A stretch of DNA of 42,445 nt from Paraspadella gotoi (Eukaryota; Animalia; Chaetognatha): positions 1 to 42,445 of the forward strand of contig JBJCIZ010000013.1 in assembly GCA_051294375.1 (NCBI GenBank), in the 5' to 3' direction. Position 1 is the stretch's first letter; every line of letters begins with the position of its first letter. Of the stretch, positions 1 to 12,842 are shown piece after piece. The position numbers and the translations under genes were made by a program. A model generated the notes under the pieces. It was not told the origin of the DNA, searched no databases, and saw only the letters and a program-made list of their open reading frames with translations.

Positions 1-317
1 ATACCACGCACCGAAATAATGACCGTGACGACAGAAGCACATGATGACCGAGGCTCAAAAAATTGACTTAATTGATGTTCCCGGAGGTCCGGCGACGGGA
101 CCCAAACTACAAAAGGAGAGGCGAACAGGGTGTCTAATCCATTAATGGCCGACTCAATTTAGTATCTAGCACACTACTAGAGTACTCACAACACTTTACA
201 ATCACTGTGGTTAAATCTAAGAAATGTCAATTAATCGTCATATGAAACAAAACGGATCTGGGAGGATAGCAATAGAATCAAGATGTTAAAAGAAAGCAAG
301 GAAGGGGGGGGGTACTT

Positions 318-1769
318 ACTCGTCCCATTTCCTCGTCCGAAAAGTTATGGCCAACGAGAGACACGTTCCATCATGCAGTGGGTCGGAGACATCCGCCTGT
401 GGTTTCTCATCGAAGATGGTCAGTAATTCTTGCCGTAGGGAAGTGGAAAGGAAAGTATATATGAGGTTACTGTCCAGTGTCTAATTATGAATGAATCTTG
501 TCTAATTAACGACTTGAAAAAAAGAATTCTTTTGTAACGCGGGAGGAAGAGTTCGTCATCTTCATGGTAGTTGTCGAGGTCGTTTTGGAACCAATCGGCG
601 CGGGCTATCCCGCTTTTTCTCGCGTTCCTAATATGAATTGAAATATAACTATATGACTATTCACAACTAAATTGTATTATTAATTCAAAGATGAAAAAAA
701 AAAGAAAAAGAAAAAAACGGATTGAATATGATACCATCTTACGAACTGACGAAGATCAGCGCGTACCTTCCTCCGCTTTGTAGGGAAGGCAGAATAGGCC
801 ATGATATATTTTATTGCCCAAACGTGAACTTGCGCTTTCATCCCAGGGCATCGATTGAATAAACTGGTATGACGTAACTATCGTCGCACGCTGGATGAGG
901 GAAGACAAACAAGAGAATTTTGACCGCAAAATAATCCCCAGAGGGACTCGACCTCCCTAAATTTAAAATCCGTGTATATGAGGTGTTATTGCATAAATGT
1001 TTCAGATAACCTTTTGCTAGCCTTTGAGGAATATTTTTTTCGCTCCTCATAGAGGATCTCCATCGCATAAGGATGATCCGCCATCCTTGTGCGTGGACCA
1101 AGAGAATTTCTAAAATATAAAATTTATAATAAAAATATCCTATTGTTTTTCTCTAGTCACATTTTTTTTCCCTCACGTCGCAGGCGCTGCGAAGTCGGTC
1201 CTCATCGTGGAGGCCTTCGAGGCGTGCCGTCTCGCGAATTATTCCATTGATCGAGTGCTAAAGAATAAAAAAATGTATGAATTAGGTTTTGGGTGAGCTT
1301 TAAAAGATCAAGTACTTGAATTTTAACCTGAAGGATTTTGAAGGCCTTTTTCTCGACGAGGCCGACGAAATGCCAGACCTTAAATCAAAATTAGCGATTA
1401 AAGAATCATGATAGTTAGAATAAATGTTTTTACATTGCCCTTACCGGGAGTGACCATGTTGTCTTGCAGTCATGGGTCAAAAACCCATTCTCCCTCCATT
1501 GTTTGTTGAGTGCCTGGTCGACACGTTTGATCTCAAGCACTGGCTCAAAATTTACCGTCTTTATGAAGGCGAGACGGTCCTTGGTGAGGCGAACACAGTC
1601 GTGTTCATCCATATCTAGATAGTGGGTAGATGGAGGGAGGGGAGGGGAGAGTTTCGTCAAATCAATAGTGATTATACCTATTGAATTAAATATTAATAAA
1701 ATATATAAACCAGAGGTTGAGAGTAAAACTTCCAATTCCGACAGACGCTGGCCCGTTTAGCCCCGACAT
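318..1769 (-). CDS. Multi-exon hypothetical protein (continues towards or past the window edge; some indels)
   Basis: GC-richer blocks bounded by GT..AG AT-rich introns splice to DMDEHDCVRLTKDRLAF..WSLP|VWHFVGLVEKKAFKILQ|HSINGIIRETARLEG..|..MKAQVHVWAIKYIMAY..FVRW|NARKSGIARADWFQNDLDNY..|. Function not recognised. Confidence 0.6.
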
Positions 1770-1917
1770 TTTTAAATTTATTTTGTACTAAAAAAAAATA
1801 CCAGTTAATGAAAAAGAAAAACAATTTACATTTTATCACAGATCGAAATTTTTATGAGTAAATATGATTGACTAATTGATAAAGACAAAAACAAAGTGGA
1901 TTTAAGAATTTTCATTG

Positions 1918-4900
1918 TCAATCATTCTTTTCATGTAGATGGATGACTAAAATAAAATCGACTAACTCGATCCCGCTTGAAAAACAGGCGTTTGCACTAA
2001 ACACGTCAACATTTTTTATGTTCTCTAACAATATACAGTTTTTGATTCCTCCGTCTGATTCCATATTGTGTAACCTTTCTGACGGACATATTATCATTAA
2101 TCGCGTTTGCAAAGTCATCCACTGTTTATAGTATTCATAAAAACACCTCTTTTAACGCCTTTAGATTTTGCTACTGCTATTGTTTCTTTCTCTTCCGACG
2201 AGGCAGGAAACTTTGGTTCTAGGGGGAAGGTAATAAGTGAGTACTGTTTCGGTGAAGTACAGTAGACGGTCTATGTGAAAAAAAAAGTTAGGTGTGAGAA
2301 AGAGAGAGTGAGAGAGAGAGAGAGATGGGATGGGGAAAATTAAGACATTTTAAAAAAAGACATTTTTTCTTTCTTTCATTCATTCATTCATTCATTCATT
2401 CATAATTCACTTAATCATCTGTGATCCCAACTCGTCCTTCCATTTTCCCTCAGAGTTTTTTGTGATATAGCTTAATAGTGAAAGAATAACCCTCATAAAT
2501 TTCTTATTCTCATGTGGAATACATTGGTAGACGAAAGATTCCTAATACAAATAGGTATTTAATTCAATTTATTATTACTAAGCAAGTGATAATAATAATG
2601 AAAAAATATATTTCTTTTAAAAGAAACTAACCTGATTTAAACATGAGAAATCCAGATAAGGAGCATATGTCTGTAGGTATATATTCGCCCATCTTTGTCC
2701 CGTCCAAGTCTCGCATAGATTAACTTGGGATTGTGAGCTTTTTACCATTTCAAGTTCGATGGTTTCTATATCACTTTTTTTACGGATTGAGCTTGTGAGA
2801 AGACTGTCAGTATCTTTGAAAGAGTGATAAAAGTTATGATAAAATAAAAAGGATTAAAAATAAAACAAACAACAAACCTGTAAGGATCAATCTTGAACGG
2901 AGGGAGCCGATCATTGCCAGCCGGGCCGCGAAGTGAAAATATGACCGCCAAATGTATAATTTTGAGATAGAATAAGTCCTTGCAGAAATGTGGCAGGCGG
3001 TCTAAATGATTTAAAATGATCTTTATCACAAGAAAAAAAAATTTAATTAATTAATCTTTTTTTACCTTACAGTTCATTGATATACCATCTTTCATGATTA
3101 TCACGGCGTTATTCGAAATTTTCTGGAAGTCAAAAAAGTCGTCTTTTTGGACTTCAGACATGAATCTTTTTTTCCCCACACAAAGACTTGTATTCATATA
3201 CTTAAGCCTCGATTGATGCAGCTTCCCATTACATGAATTACCAAGTGCTTTAAAAACTTTATTAAGACAATTACTGAGACTATGTTTTCTGGCAATCTGA
3301 AGGTGTCCCATATAATCATTAAGAAAGCGGTACGATTTGAATGAAACGATCTTTACTACTTCAAGTATTTTCATATTGTGAAACAATGTCAAATATAAAA
3401 GGTTTTCCACAAAATCAGAAATCTCTTTGGGCTTTGTATAGACATTGCTGACCAGTTTGGCTCTTTCTCGAGAAATGTTCCGTCTTAACTCTTGGGCAAT
3501 TTTTATCTGGTCTGGGGATAAGTCTTCTAAGTTAACTTTAGTTAAGTGTGGAAAAAAGCATAGATCTTGGTTGAAAGGGGCAGCTTTCTCTGGTTCAGTT
3601 TGTGTTATAATAACAAACAAATAACCAGTATGTTTGTTCGTTAATTGATCATAAAAAAAATCCCAGTCACAGTTCAGTAACTTTGTCGACAAAAGGGTGA
3701 AACCATTTGGGTCCGTGTTATTATCTATAATTTTAAATCCACCATACGGAGCGTATCTGTAGTCGGGGCATTGTGAAAGATTCACCCCACCTATAAGTAT
3801 GACAAGATTTTGATTGTCATCNNNNNNNNNNTCTTTCGTGATCCCGACTTTTTTCTCCTCTCCTGCTCTACCTCCTCTTCCTCTTCACTGCTGTCCGTTT
3901 CTCTCTTTCTTTTCTTTCCCCACTTTTCTCTTGTGTTTTCGCGATATTTTTTCCTTTCTTTCCTTCCTTCTTTCCTTTTCTTCCTTCTTCTGACCTGTAA
4001 CTCTTCTTCTTCTTTTTCCTCCCCATTTTCCTCTTCAGTCGACCCTTCCTGTTCCTTCTCCTCACTCTCAGACCCTTCTGTTTCGTCATTCTTGTTATCC
4101 TGTTCGTCGTCCTCGGCTTCATCGTCAAAAAATTTTCTTACTACGGAGTTTTTCTTCTTTTTCCTAGGAGCTCTGAGGATTATTTCCTCATCTACTGGAG
4201 GGGAGGGAGATGGGGAACGAAACATAACGGAATTGTTTTCCTCAGGTGAAGCTGATGTATCACAATTCGCTTTCTCTCGCTCTTCCTCCTCATCTTCCTT
4301 CTCTTCCTCATCCTCCTGTTCCTGTTCCTTTTCCTTTTCTTGTTCTTTTTCTTGTCTTTTCGGATCCTTTGAAAATATATTTTCAGAGACATTGGACTGA
4401 AGCAGGGCTTTGAAGTTTGGAGTTGTTGCCCTGCTCCCGCCCTCAATCGCCTGTAAATCGTCCCTTCCATCCTCGTTTTCATCGAAAGTGATGGATTGTG
4501 ACTGGGGAACGGATGATACCTTAGTCTTCCCATGACTCAGAAACTTCCTGATCTGTTGAGCCAAGACGGCTTTATCGTTTTCTCTCGTTCGCGCTCTGGA
4601 AGTTTCCGTTTCATACAGGCTCGCGTATGATTTTTCTTGTGCATAGAAAAGGCTATTACTGATCATTCTCCCGAGACAGTTACGTTCGTGACGAAGATTC
4701 AGTGATCTTGATTGATTGAGAGTAAGGCAATAGTTACATCGAAGTAACAAATAAGATTCTGCAAGATCGAGTTGAAAGGAATCGTTGATCACTTCCGCCT
4801 TAATCATTTGGTATGTTGAGAGAAAGACATCCTCATGTCCGTGAACAATAACCTGATGGTCGAAATGACATTCTTGGCAACAGGTAAGGACCACACTCAT

Positions 4901-6015
4901 TTGATGTGATCCTTTATTGAGACATCTTTGGCAGACAAGTAGAAAGTTGTGTCCATTGTCTTTAGGAACCGGACCCTTCCTTCCTGGGGTTGAAGGTGCT
5001 CCGAATTGGGCATCGCCAACAGAGTGTACTTTCTTAAAATGAGCTTTAACTTCCTCTAGATTCTCGTGTGGTTTAACTCGGCACACATTGATTTGCGAGA
5101 GCCACGAAGGTTGTATTTCATAGTTTGACTTTGTGGTTTTAACCGGGGCTGTTGAGGGACAGTGATAACAGGTGAATGAATGATTGAACTTTTCATCGTT
5201 TTGGATCAAATCATACTTCTGATCATTTGTTTTTGTTTTGTCGGTCAGTTTTTTGTGGACCCACTCGAGGGCGGACACTGAAACTTTCCTCGAAGGAAAG
5301 GTCAAATTGTTTGCGTAATCCGCCAAGGAAGTTGAATGACAGTCTTTCGACAGATAACGAAGAGCATTTCTTCTCGCCGTTTGCCGTATTTGTTCGACAC
5401 GACCGGTTGGATCCTTGAACGGGGGAGACTTATCATTGACAAAAGCCTCGACAATCTTTCGAAATTCGTGATTCTCGACAGAGGAAAGTTGTGGACAAGC
5501 TTTAACCAGCGAAATTATGTATTGCGGTGTCATCTCTAAATTGAAATTCAAGACCGATTTTTTCTTATCTGGCTGAAAATATCTTGTCCTACCCTCTTCA
5601 AGAAAGGTTCGAAGTAATTTAAATGATGGCAAACCCAAGGCCTTAACCAAGTGAACATTGTCAAAGGCATGTTTGTTCACAGTCATTGTTGTGTTAATGT
5701 CTCTCTTCATTGCCTCGGCCTCTTCTTTCGAGTCACACAGTTTTTCTACAATACTATCCATTTTGTCTTGAAGAGAAGACTGTTCCCCTTGATTGTTGGC
5801 GAACTGTGTCACTGTGTTTTGAAACACACTTAGTATCGCCTCATTGGAAGTCCTAACCCCATCCCAGAGTCAAGAGTGAAGGGATCACCCTGTGGGAAAG
5901 CCATGGCGTCGAGAACTGCAAGACCTCTCCTGAGTGGATTGTTTCGGTCAAGAAGCGCAAGAGCGAGACCCGTAAAGTCTTGATGTATCTCAATTTTGAA
6001 TATTTTGGTTTTAAA
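1918..6015 (-). CDS. Protein-primed family B DNA polymerase (pPolB), intron-containing, with frameshifts or errors
   Basis: Motif A region KILSYL*..VNL..PYGGF (~3760-3815); motif B FKALGNSCNGK; SKLYIW; motif C LILTD|TDS restored by splicing intron 2814-2877; GKWKDELG, SPKQYS and KSKGVK downstream. The 678-aa ORF 3791-5827 is in frame with KILSYL and carries exonuclease-like motifs. Upstream exon(s) unresolved. Confidence 0.88.
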
Positions 6016-6195
6016 CTATATTATTATTAATTTATCTCAGTAACTAATATTTATAGGAATAAAGAGCAGGGTGGTTTTGGGTTGGTGTATTTAGGGTGAA
6101 AAAAAAAATAGGGAAAAAAAAATTAGCAGGTCGAATAATTTTACATAGGTAAAAATTTACACGTGAGAAGTTTAAAATTTAAACGTTACTTTTTT

Positions 6196-6233
<38 letters not shown>

Positions 6234-6959
6234 CTCTAGGTTAAATTTCCCTCTTCATCTTTCATACTTCACATTATTGAACCTTATCCTAATATAAAAT
6301 GATTAGCTCTCCCCCCTCTCTCTCTCTCTCTCTCTCTATTTTTTTTTATCTCTGATCCTATATATATAAACAACATAGGATAGCAAATTAAATTAAAAAA
6401 AAAAAAACTCACCGAAAAAGTCTTGCCTTTTGGAAATCGAGGTTGAATCAGAATCAAGACGATAGTGACACCGAAGAAGAATGCCGCGACAACGTGAACT
6501 CCGAATGGAACCGTGACGTTCTGAGAGAAGAGGGAGATAGCGATGAGGGTTAGCACGGCGTCGATGAAAACAAAACAGTATAAATCCTTTTAAACACGAG
6601 TCGAAAATTTTTAATACACATTTCTTTTTTTTTGTTTCACCTTAATCTTGTTCTGTTTGTTGTTTTTTTTTTCTCGAAACTTCTTTCCTTAGTCAGGCTC
6701 ACAGTTTTAAGTTTCAAACGCAGGGGGGGGAGAGAAAGCTCGAGAGGAAATTCATTTTTTTTCCCCTCCTCAATCTCTCTCTTTTTTTTTCTTCGATCCG
6801 ACTGAGCTGTTCATTCAGTTCCGTCGCCCTGCTTGCTTCGTCTTCACTTCTGAAATTTAAAAAAATAAAATAAAATAAAAAAAAAAAATATTTTATTTTT
6901 AAAAGAATCAGAAAACTGAAAATAAACATAACAAAAACAAAAAAAACAAAAAAAAAAAA

Positions 6960-7596
6960 ATGAATATCCCTGAAATTTTTGGAAATTTGAGTTTTGAAGA
7001 GAATGCGCTTATTTAAAGCGAAAAAGTTGGTAACGGCTGAAGACGCTTCGACGATAAAAAACGGGCTATCTAACCTGGACAGAAGAATTCTACGGACTTT
7101 TTTGGGATATGAAAAAATAAATTCAAAAGATGAACGTCAAATTGAAAAGTTAGAAAATGCACCATTATATCTTCGACATGCTCTCTATGATGAAACGATT
7201 GCTAATTATGATTATGATTATGATAAGGAAAGAGAGAAAGAAGCGAGGAAGCACAGGTTGAAAAGCAAGAAAATAAAACTAAAAAAAAAAAAAGACTCAT
7301 AATCCATGAAAGAGGTGACTCTGTCACCAAAATCTTATTTCTGAAAATGAAAAACGAGAAAAAAAAACCAAAGAGCCTGAAAAAATTGAATTTAGCCAAG
7401 ACGAAGAAAAATTTGGAGAATTCAAAGAAATGAAAGAGCCGTGGTTCCAAAAACTAGGAATAAATCTTTCGGAGCGGTCAAAAATATCATTAATTCGTTT
7501 TTTTGAAAATTATCCAAGAATTTTCGGAAATCAGATTTGTTTTAAACCGAACAAACCAGCAACTCGCGTGATACTTAACGGACCGGTTAAAACATT

Positions 7597-7632
<36 letters not shown>

Positions 7633-7645
7633 AAGTATAAAGTAA
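6960..7645 (+). pseudogene. Frameshifted duplicate of the 8408-9103 ORF
   Basis: Same sequence as 8408-9103, broken into ORFs 6994-7302 and 7430-7645 by indels. Confidence 0.65.
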
Positions 7646-8407
7646 AACAAAAAAATAAAACAAACAAAAAAATCATTTATATTTTTTTTTTTCATCTTTT
7701 TTTTTTCCCGTAGTATGGTAATTCAACTGTGATTTAAAAAAAAATTTTTTTTAAAGAAAATGGCAAGAGAGTTGAGAGAGAGAGAGAGAGTGAGAGTGAG
7801 AGAGAGAGAGTGAGATCTTGACCCTTTTTTTTTTCTTTCTCCTCTTCCTCGAAATGAGAGACNNNNNNNNNNNNNNNNNNNNNNNNNTTCGAGAAAAAAA
7901 ACAAGAAGAAGAATGCCGCGACACAGTGAACTCCGAATGGAACCGTGACGTTCTGAGAGAAAGGGAGATAGCGATGAGGGTTAGCACGCGCGTCGATAGA
8001 AACAAAAACAGTATAAATCCTTTTAAACACGAGTCGAAAATTTTTATACACATTTCTTTTTTTTTTTGTTTCACCTTAATCTTGTTCTGTTTGTTGTTTT
8101 TTTTTTCTCGAAACTTCTTTCCTTAGTCAGGCTCACAGTTTTAAGTTTCAAAGCAGGGGGGGGGGAGAGAGAAAGCTCGAGAGGAAATTCTATTTTTTCC
8201 CCTCATCAATCTCTCTCTTTTTTTTTTCTTCGATCCAACTGAGCTGTTCATTCAGTTCCGTCGCCCTGCTTGCTTCGTCTTCACTTCTGAAATTAAAAAA
8301 AATAAAATAAAATAAAAAAAAAAATTTATTTTTAAAAGAATCAGAAAACTGAAAAATAAACATAACAAAAACAAAAAAAACAAAAAAAACAAAAAAAAAC
8401 CAAAAAA

Positions 8408-9048
8408 ATGAATATCCCTGAAATTTTTGGAAATTTGAGTTTTGAAGAGAATGCGGCTTATTTAAATGCGAAAAAGTTGGTAACGGCTGAAGACGCTTCG
8501 ACGATAAAAAACGGGCTATCTAACCTGGACAGAAGAATTCTACGGACTTTTTTGGGATATGAAAAAATAAATTCAAAAGATGAACGTCAAATTGAAAAGT
8601 TAGAAAATGCACCATTATATCTTCGACATGCTCTCTATGATGAAACGATTGCTAATTATGATTATGATTATGATAAGGAAAGAGAGAAAGAAGCGAGGCA
8701 AGCACAGGTTGAAAAGCAAGAAAATAAAACTAAAAAAAAAAAAAGACTCATAATCCATGAAAGAGGTGACTCTGTCACCAAAATCTTAATTTCTGAAAAT
8801 GAAAAACGAGAAAAAAAAATCAAAGAGCCTGAAAAAATTGAATTTAGCCAAGACGAAGAAAAATTTGGAGAATTCCAAGAAATGAAAGAGCCGTGGTTCC
8901 AAAAACTAGGAATAAATCTTTCGGAGCGGTCAAAAATATCATTAATTCGTTTTTTTGAAAATTATCCAAGAATTTTCGGAAATCAGATTTGTTTTAAACC
9001 GAACAAACCAGCAACTCGCGTGATACTTAACGGACCGGTTAAAACATT

Positions 9049-9087
<39 letters not shown>

Positions 9088-9103
9088 GGAGAGAGAGAAT
9101 TAA
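8408..9103 (+). CDS. Hypothetical K/E-rich protein, 231 aa
   Basis: ATG-initiated intronless ORF preceded by an A-rich leader; C-terminus runs into an (AG)n tract. Confidence 0.7.
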
Positions 9104-9444
9104 GTATAAAGTAAAACAAAAATAAAACAAAACAAAAAATCATTTTATATTTTTTTTTTCATCTTTTTTTTTCCCGTAGTATGGTAATTCAACTGTGATT
9201 TAAAAAAAATTTTTTTTTTTTTTAAGAAAATGGCAAGAGAGTTGAGAGAGGAGAAGAGAGAGTGAGAGTGGAGAAGAGAGATGAGATCTTGACCCTTTTT
9301 TTTTTCTTTCTCCTCTTCCTCGAAATGAGAGACATTTCAAATCTCGCGCTTCTCTCTTCTTCTTCGTCTCGCGCGTCTTTTCTCTCTTCTTTTTTCTTAT
9401 ATTTTTTTCCCCTTTTCTCTTTTAGCCTTTTTTTTTGTTTTACT

Positions 9445-9800
9445 ACATTTGACTAAGTCTGGTTCGACTCAGCTTGATCTTGATCAGCTTTGCCTCGACT
9501 CGTGCTCTACTCAGCTCGAGTCGACACAGCTTGCGCGACTCGAGTCGATTCAACACTACCCGACCCGACCCGACCCGGACCCAACCCGACCCGACCCGAC
9601 CCGACCCGACCCAACTTCGACCCAAAAAAAAAAAAAAAAAAAAACCAACCCGGACTCGACTTTGACTTCACCATGGCCGCCGCCGCGGGCGGCGGCGGCG
9701 GCGCGGCGGCGGCTCAGTGGGTCTTCATGGCCGCCACCGCGCCGCCAAAGTAACGCATCGCGCGCGCGCGCAGCGCGCGCGCCAGGGGTGCCCCCCCCCC
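9445..9800. repeat. GC-rich island: 5-nt periodic repeat grading into (CCCGA)n, followed by GCC/GGC and (GC)n palindromes
   Basis: Directly visible: ctcga/ctcag/cttga units, cccgacccgacccga, gccgccgc...gcggcggc, cgcgcgcgcgcg. Confidence 0.85.
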
Positions 9801-9920
9801 CTCTCCTTACTGACGACTTTACTACTATCTACTACTACTACTACTACTACTTACTACTACTACTAATTTTACGAAGGAGGACGACAACTTACTACTACTT
9901 ACTACTACTACTACTACTCT

Positions 9921-9951
<31 letters not shown>

Positions 9952-10007
9952 TGTCAACCATCTTTATTTTTTTTTCATTTTTCTTTTTCTTTCTTTCTTT
10001 CTTTATT

Positions 10008-10044
<37 letters not shown>

Positions 10045-10104
10045 TTTCTTCGTTACTTTTTCTCTTCTTTTTTTTTGGGGGGGTTTGTATTCGTTTTTCA
10101 AAAC

Positions 10105-10361
10105 AGCGAGAGATGTATATATATACAAAGGTGAAAGAATTAACCCCCCCCATTTCTCTCTGGCGACCATCTTTATTTTTTTTTTTCATTTTTCTTTTTC
10201 CTTTCTTTCTTCTTTCTTTCTTCGTTACTTTTTTTCTCTTCTTTTTTTCTTTGGGTTTGATTTCGTTTTTCAAAACAGAGAAAGAAGGAATTAAAAAATA
10301 AAAAAAAAATCTAGCGAGAGATGTATATATATACAAAGGAGAAAGAATTAACCCTCCCCCC
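10105..10361 (+). promoter_or_regulatory. Two ~45-bp direct repeats containing TATATATA, candidate promoter elements
   Basis: AGCGAGAGATGTATATATATACAAAGG(T/A)GAAAGAATTAACCC at 10105 and 10313, upstream of the + strand gene block. Regulatory role is inference. Confidence 0.4.
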
Positions 10362-10453
10362 AAAAAAAAAAAAAAATCCAAAGTTTAAGAATTCCAAGAT
10401 CGAGGAAAAAATGGAGATGTGAGTGAGTGAGTGAGAGGAAGAGGAGAGAGAGA

Positions 10454-10487
<34 letters not shown>

Positions 10488-10653
10488 AAAGGGAAACGTT
10501 AAATTTGTTTTTTTCATCTACGAAAAGAGCTGAACTTGAAAACGATTAAAGATTAAAAAAAAAACAAAAAAAAGAAAATTAACTTTCTCTCTCTCTATCT
10601 TTTTTTTTCCCTTTCATTTAAAAAAAAAAACAAATATTAATAAAAAAAATTAC

Positions 10654-11781
10654 ATGAATAAATTGATTGAAGAGCCAAGTCGGGAATCCAATTTAGTTCT
10701 CCATTGTCTATCTATTGGACGGACCAGTTTTCAAATACACCTATCTCCCAAATATTATTCGTATCTCCACATCGTCTAGAAGAAAAATTTGAAAAACGTT
10801 TAAGAGATGTGGCTAAAGTTTAAATGTTGAATGTTCTATATTCGATTCGCCGATGGAGCTCTGAATCCTTCATTTCAAGAAATGTATCGAAAATCAGTGA
10901 ATGAAAATTGGAATGATCATCACGACGACGACGACGACGACCTCTCGCGAGAAGACGATGAAGATGACCAGGATCGTGATGGTGACGACCGACACGACGA
11001 CGACGACGACGACGGAGATGTCGATGACGGAAGACGTTGTTTACGATTTCTTTCGAGGAGCCTCCAATCCAAAGAAAGGGACCTACAGAGAAGAAAATCA
11101 TTAATCTCGCCCGAGGAACAACGCTTGATCAAAGCGGGAATCAAAAAACGAGGAAGTCTTTTTCGCGCGACAGTTCCAACTGGAGGGAAAAAAAAGACTC
11201 AAACCCAGCGTCGAAATTCGACTCTGTACTCTAAGGCGAAATTAGCGTCTAACAACGCTCTTCGTCGATTTCTCAAGTTGGAGGATCGTGGACTAAGAAA
11301 TATAAGTTATTTAGCTTTGCTCAAACGTCAAAAAAAACGTATCCAACAGAGGAATACGGAGAAAGCGTCAGATGACGGATTGGAGACTGAAGAGGCGAGG
11401 ATAGGTGGAGGAGTCCACGCCATGAGTTTGAGGAGTCGTCGAGGAATAAATAGCTTCTCTGACAACGCCGGGACCACCAGCGGACCCGGGATATCAGAAA
11501 CCCCGAGGATAAGGAAGACGACGAGTGGATCCATAAAAAGGAGGGCGATGAAAAGAAAGTTAGTGCGTGATGACGGGGATGATGATGCTGATGATCCTGA
11601 TCATGATAACAAAGATGGCAAAGCCCGCGAGGAAGAAAGCGAGGAGGAACGACGACGACGCGGGAGGGCGGAAGATGACGCAGAGATGACGAGCGAACCG
11701 ACGCTGACTCCTCTCGACCGATGGAAAAAGATCGGCATGAACTGGAGGACGAGGATGAGACGACGGCGGCTCGAAGACTAA
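10654..11781 (+). CDS. Hypothetical low-complexity D/E- and R/K-rich protein (frameshifted, ends approximate)
   Basis: 316-aa ORF 10831-11781 with poly-Asp and basic clusters; coding-like sequence begins at ATG 10654. Confidence 0.55.
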
Positions 11782-12637
11782 GTAGTAAAAGAAGTAAAGA
11801 AGAAAAACGCCGTAATCGTCTCGCGTAAGAAAGAAGAGAAATAAAGAAAAGAAAAAGAAAAGAAAAAGAAAAGAAACAGAAAAGTGATGGAAAGAGAGAG
11901 AGAGAGAGAGAAGAAGAGAGAATGAAGAAACAAATAAATAGATAATTAAATATTCATAAATAAAACAGAGATTTGATTATGTTAGGTGTTCTTTTATTTC
12001 TTCTTTAAATATGATTATTTTTTTTTTTTGGTTAACATTTTCACCCACTCCCCTGCTTCAGAATGAACGCATTTTCTGCTCACGGTGGATAACGCCGAAA
12101 AAGCTCCACTACATTCCCTGGTTTCATTTTTTCACGCCGCTTGTTCGCATGTGGAAAGCCATCATATGTTGAGTTCACGTCATCCCTGATTACTCAATCG
12201 AACGCCTTTCTCAGGAAGCAACGCTATCTCCTCTGGGATTAGAAAGCTTCGCTTGAATTCTGACGTTTTCGTGAATTTTTCGGACGGCAATTAGGAGATT
12301 CTGCCTTATGATAAGATCAATAGCGACTGGAGAACAGTATCAAATATTAAAGGAGATACACGATGAAGCCACAGGCGCAAAGGGAACTCAAAAAATAAAG
12401 CCTCAAATTCGAGAGAAATGTATCCATATCTCATTTTCAGCACCAATGCTTCAACTACGGATTCTATAAGATATGAGGTAAAATCGCGTTTTATCTGTCT
12501 GTCCTCTACTCTCTCTTCTCTCTTTAGCTTCTCTTCACCATTTTTTTTTTTTCTCCCCTTTTCTCTCTTTTTTTTATTTTCTCTCTAGCTTCAATTTCTT
12601 AGTCATCGGAAAGACGACGAAACTCGTCGCTGCGCCT

Positions 12638-12677
<40 letters not shown>

Positions 12678-12842
12678 GATCTCACAATCTCTGGATTTTA
12701 GCTTTATATATTTCCTCTTCTTTTCTCCCCAACTCACTCTCTCCCAATAGGAGTTGCCTCTACAACCTTCACTCGACTTTAAATTATCCTTTCGTCCCAC
12801 AAACCGTATTTTCCCATCAATTAACCGACAGCAGCGGCAAAT

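Larger units (their letters stand above)
6474..9332 (+). repeat. ~1.43 kb tandem duplication (6474-7862 and 7904-9332) joined by an N run
   Basis: Both units start GAAGAAGAATGCCGCGAC, end GAAATGAGAGAC and differ mostly by homopolymer indels. Confidence 0.9.

Noticed and set aside
3822-3831. Idea that PolB lacks an exonuclease domain, or that it is hidden in this N gap
   Set aside because: N runs elsewhere are length-accurate, and exonuclease-like motifs can be traced in the upstream ORF.
3810-4533. Ser/Phe-rich + strand ORF and alternative-frame ORFs
   Set aside because: Antisense or shifted shadows of the charged tract in the PolB gene.
9449-10517. ORFs of 60-281 aa (PTRPD repeats, poly-Y/L/F)
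   Set aside because: Translations of simple repeats that lack stop codons; no coding signal.
11781-11790. AGTAGT as a possible left terminus
   Set aside because: Following sequence does not match the reverse complement of the right end (AGTAGTAAGGGAAACCTCG).
12060-12480. Possible additional exon or gene
   Set aside because: Coding-like composition and flanking splice-like sites, but no consistent open frame could be established.
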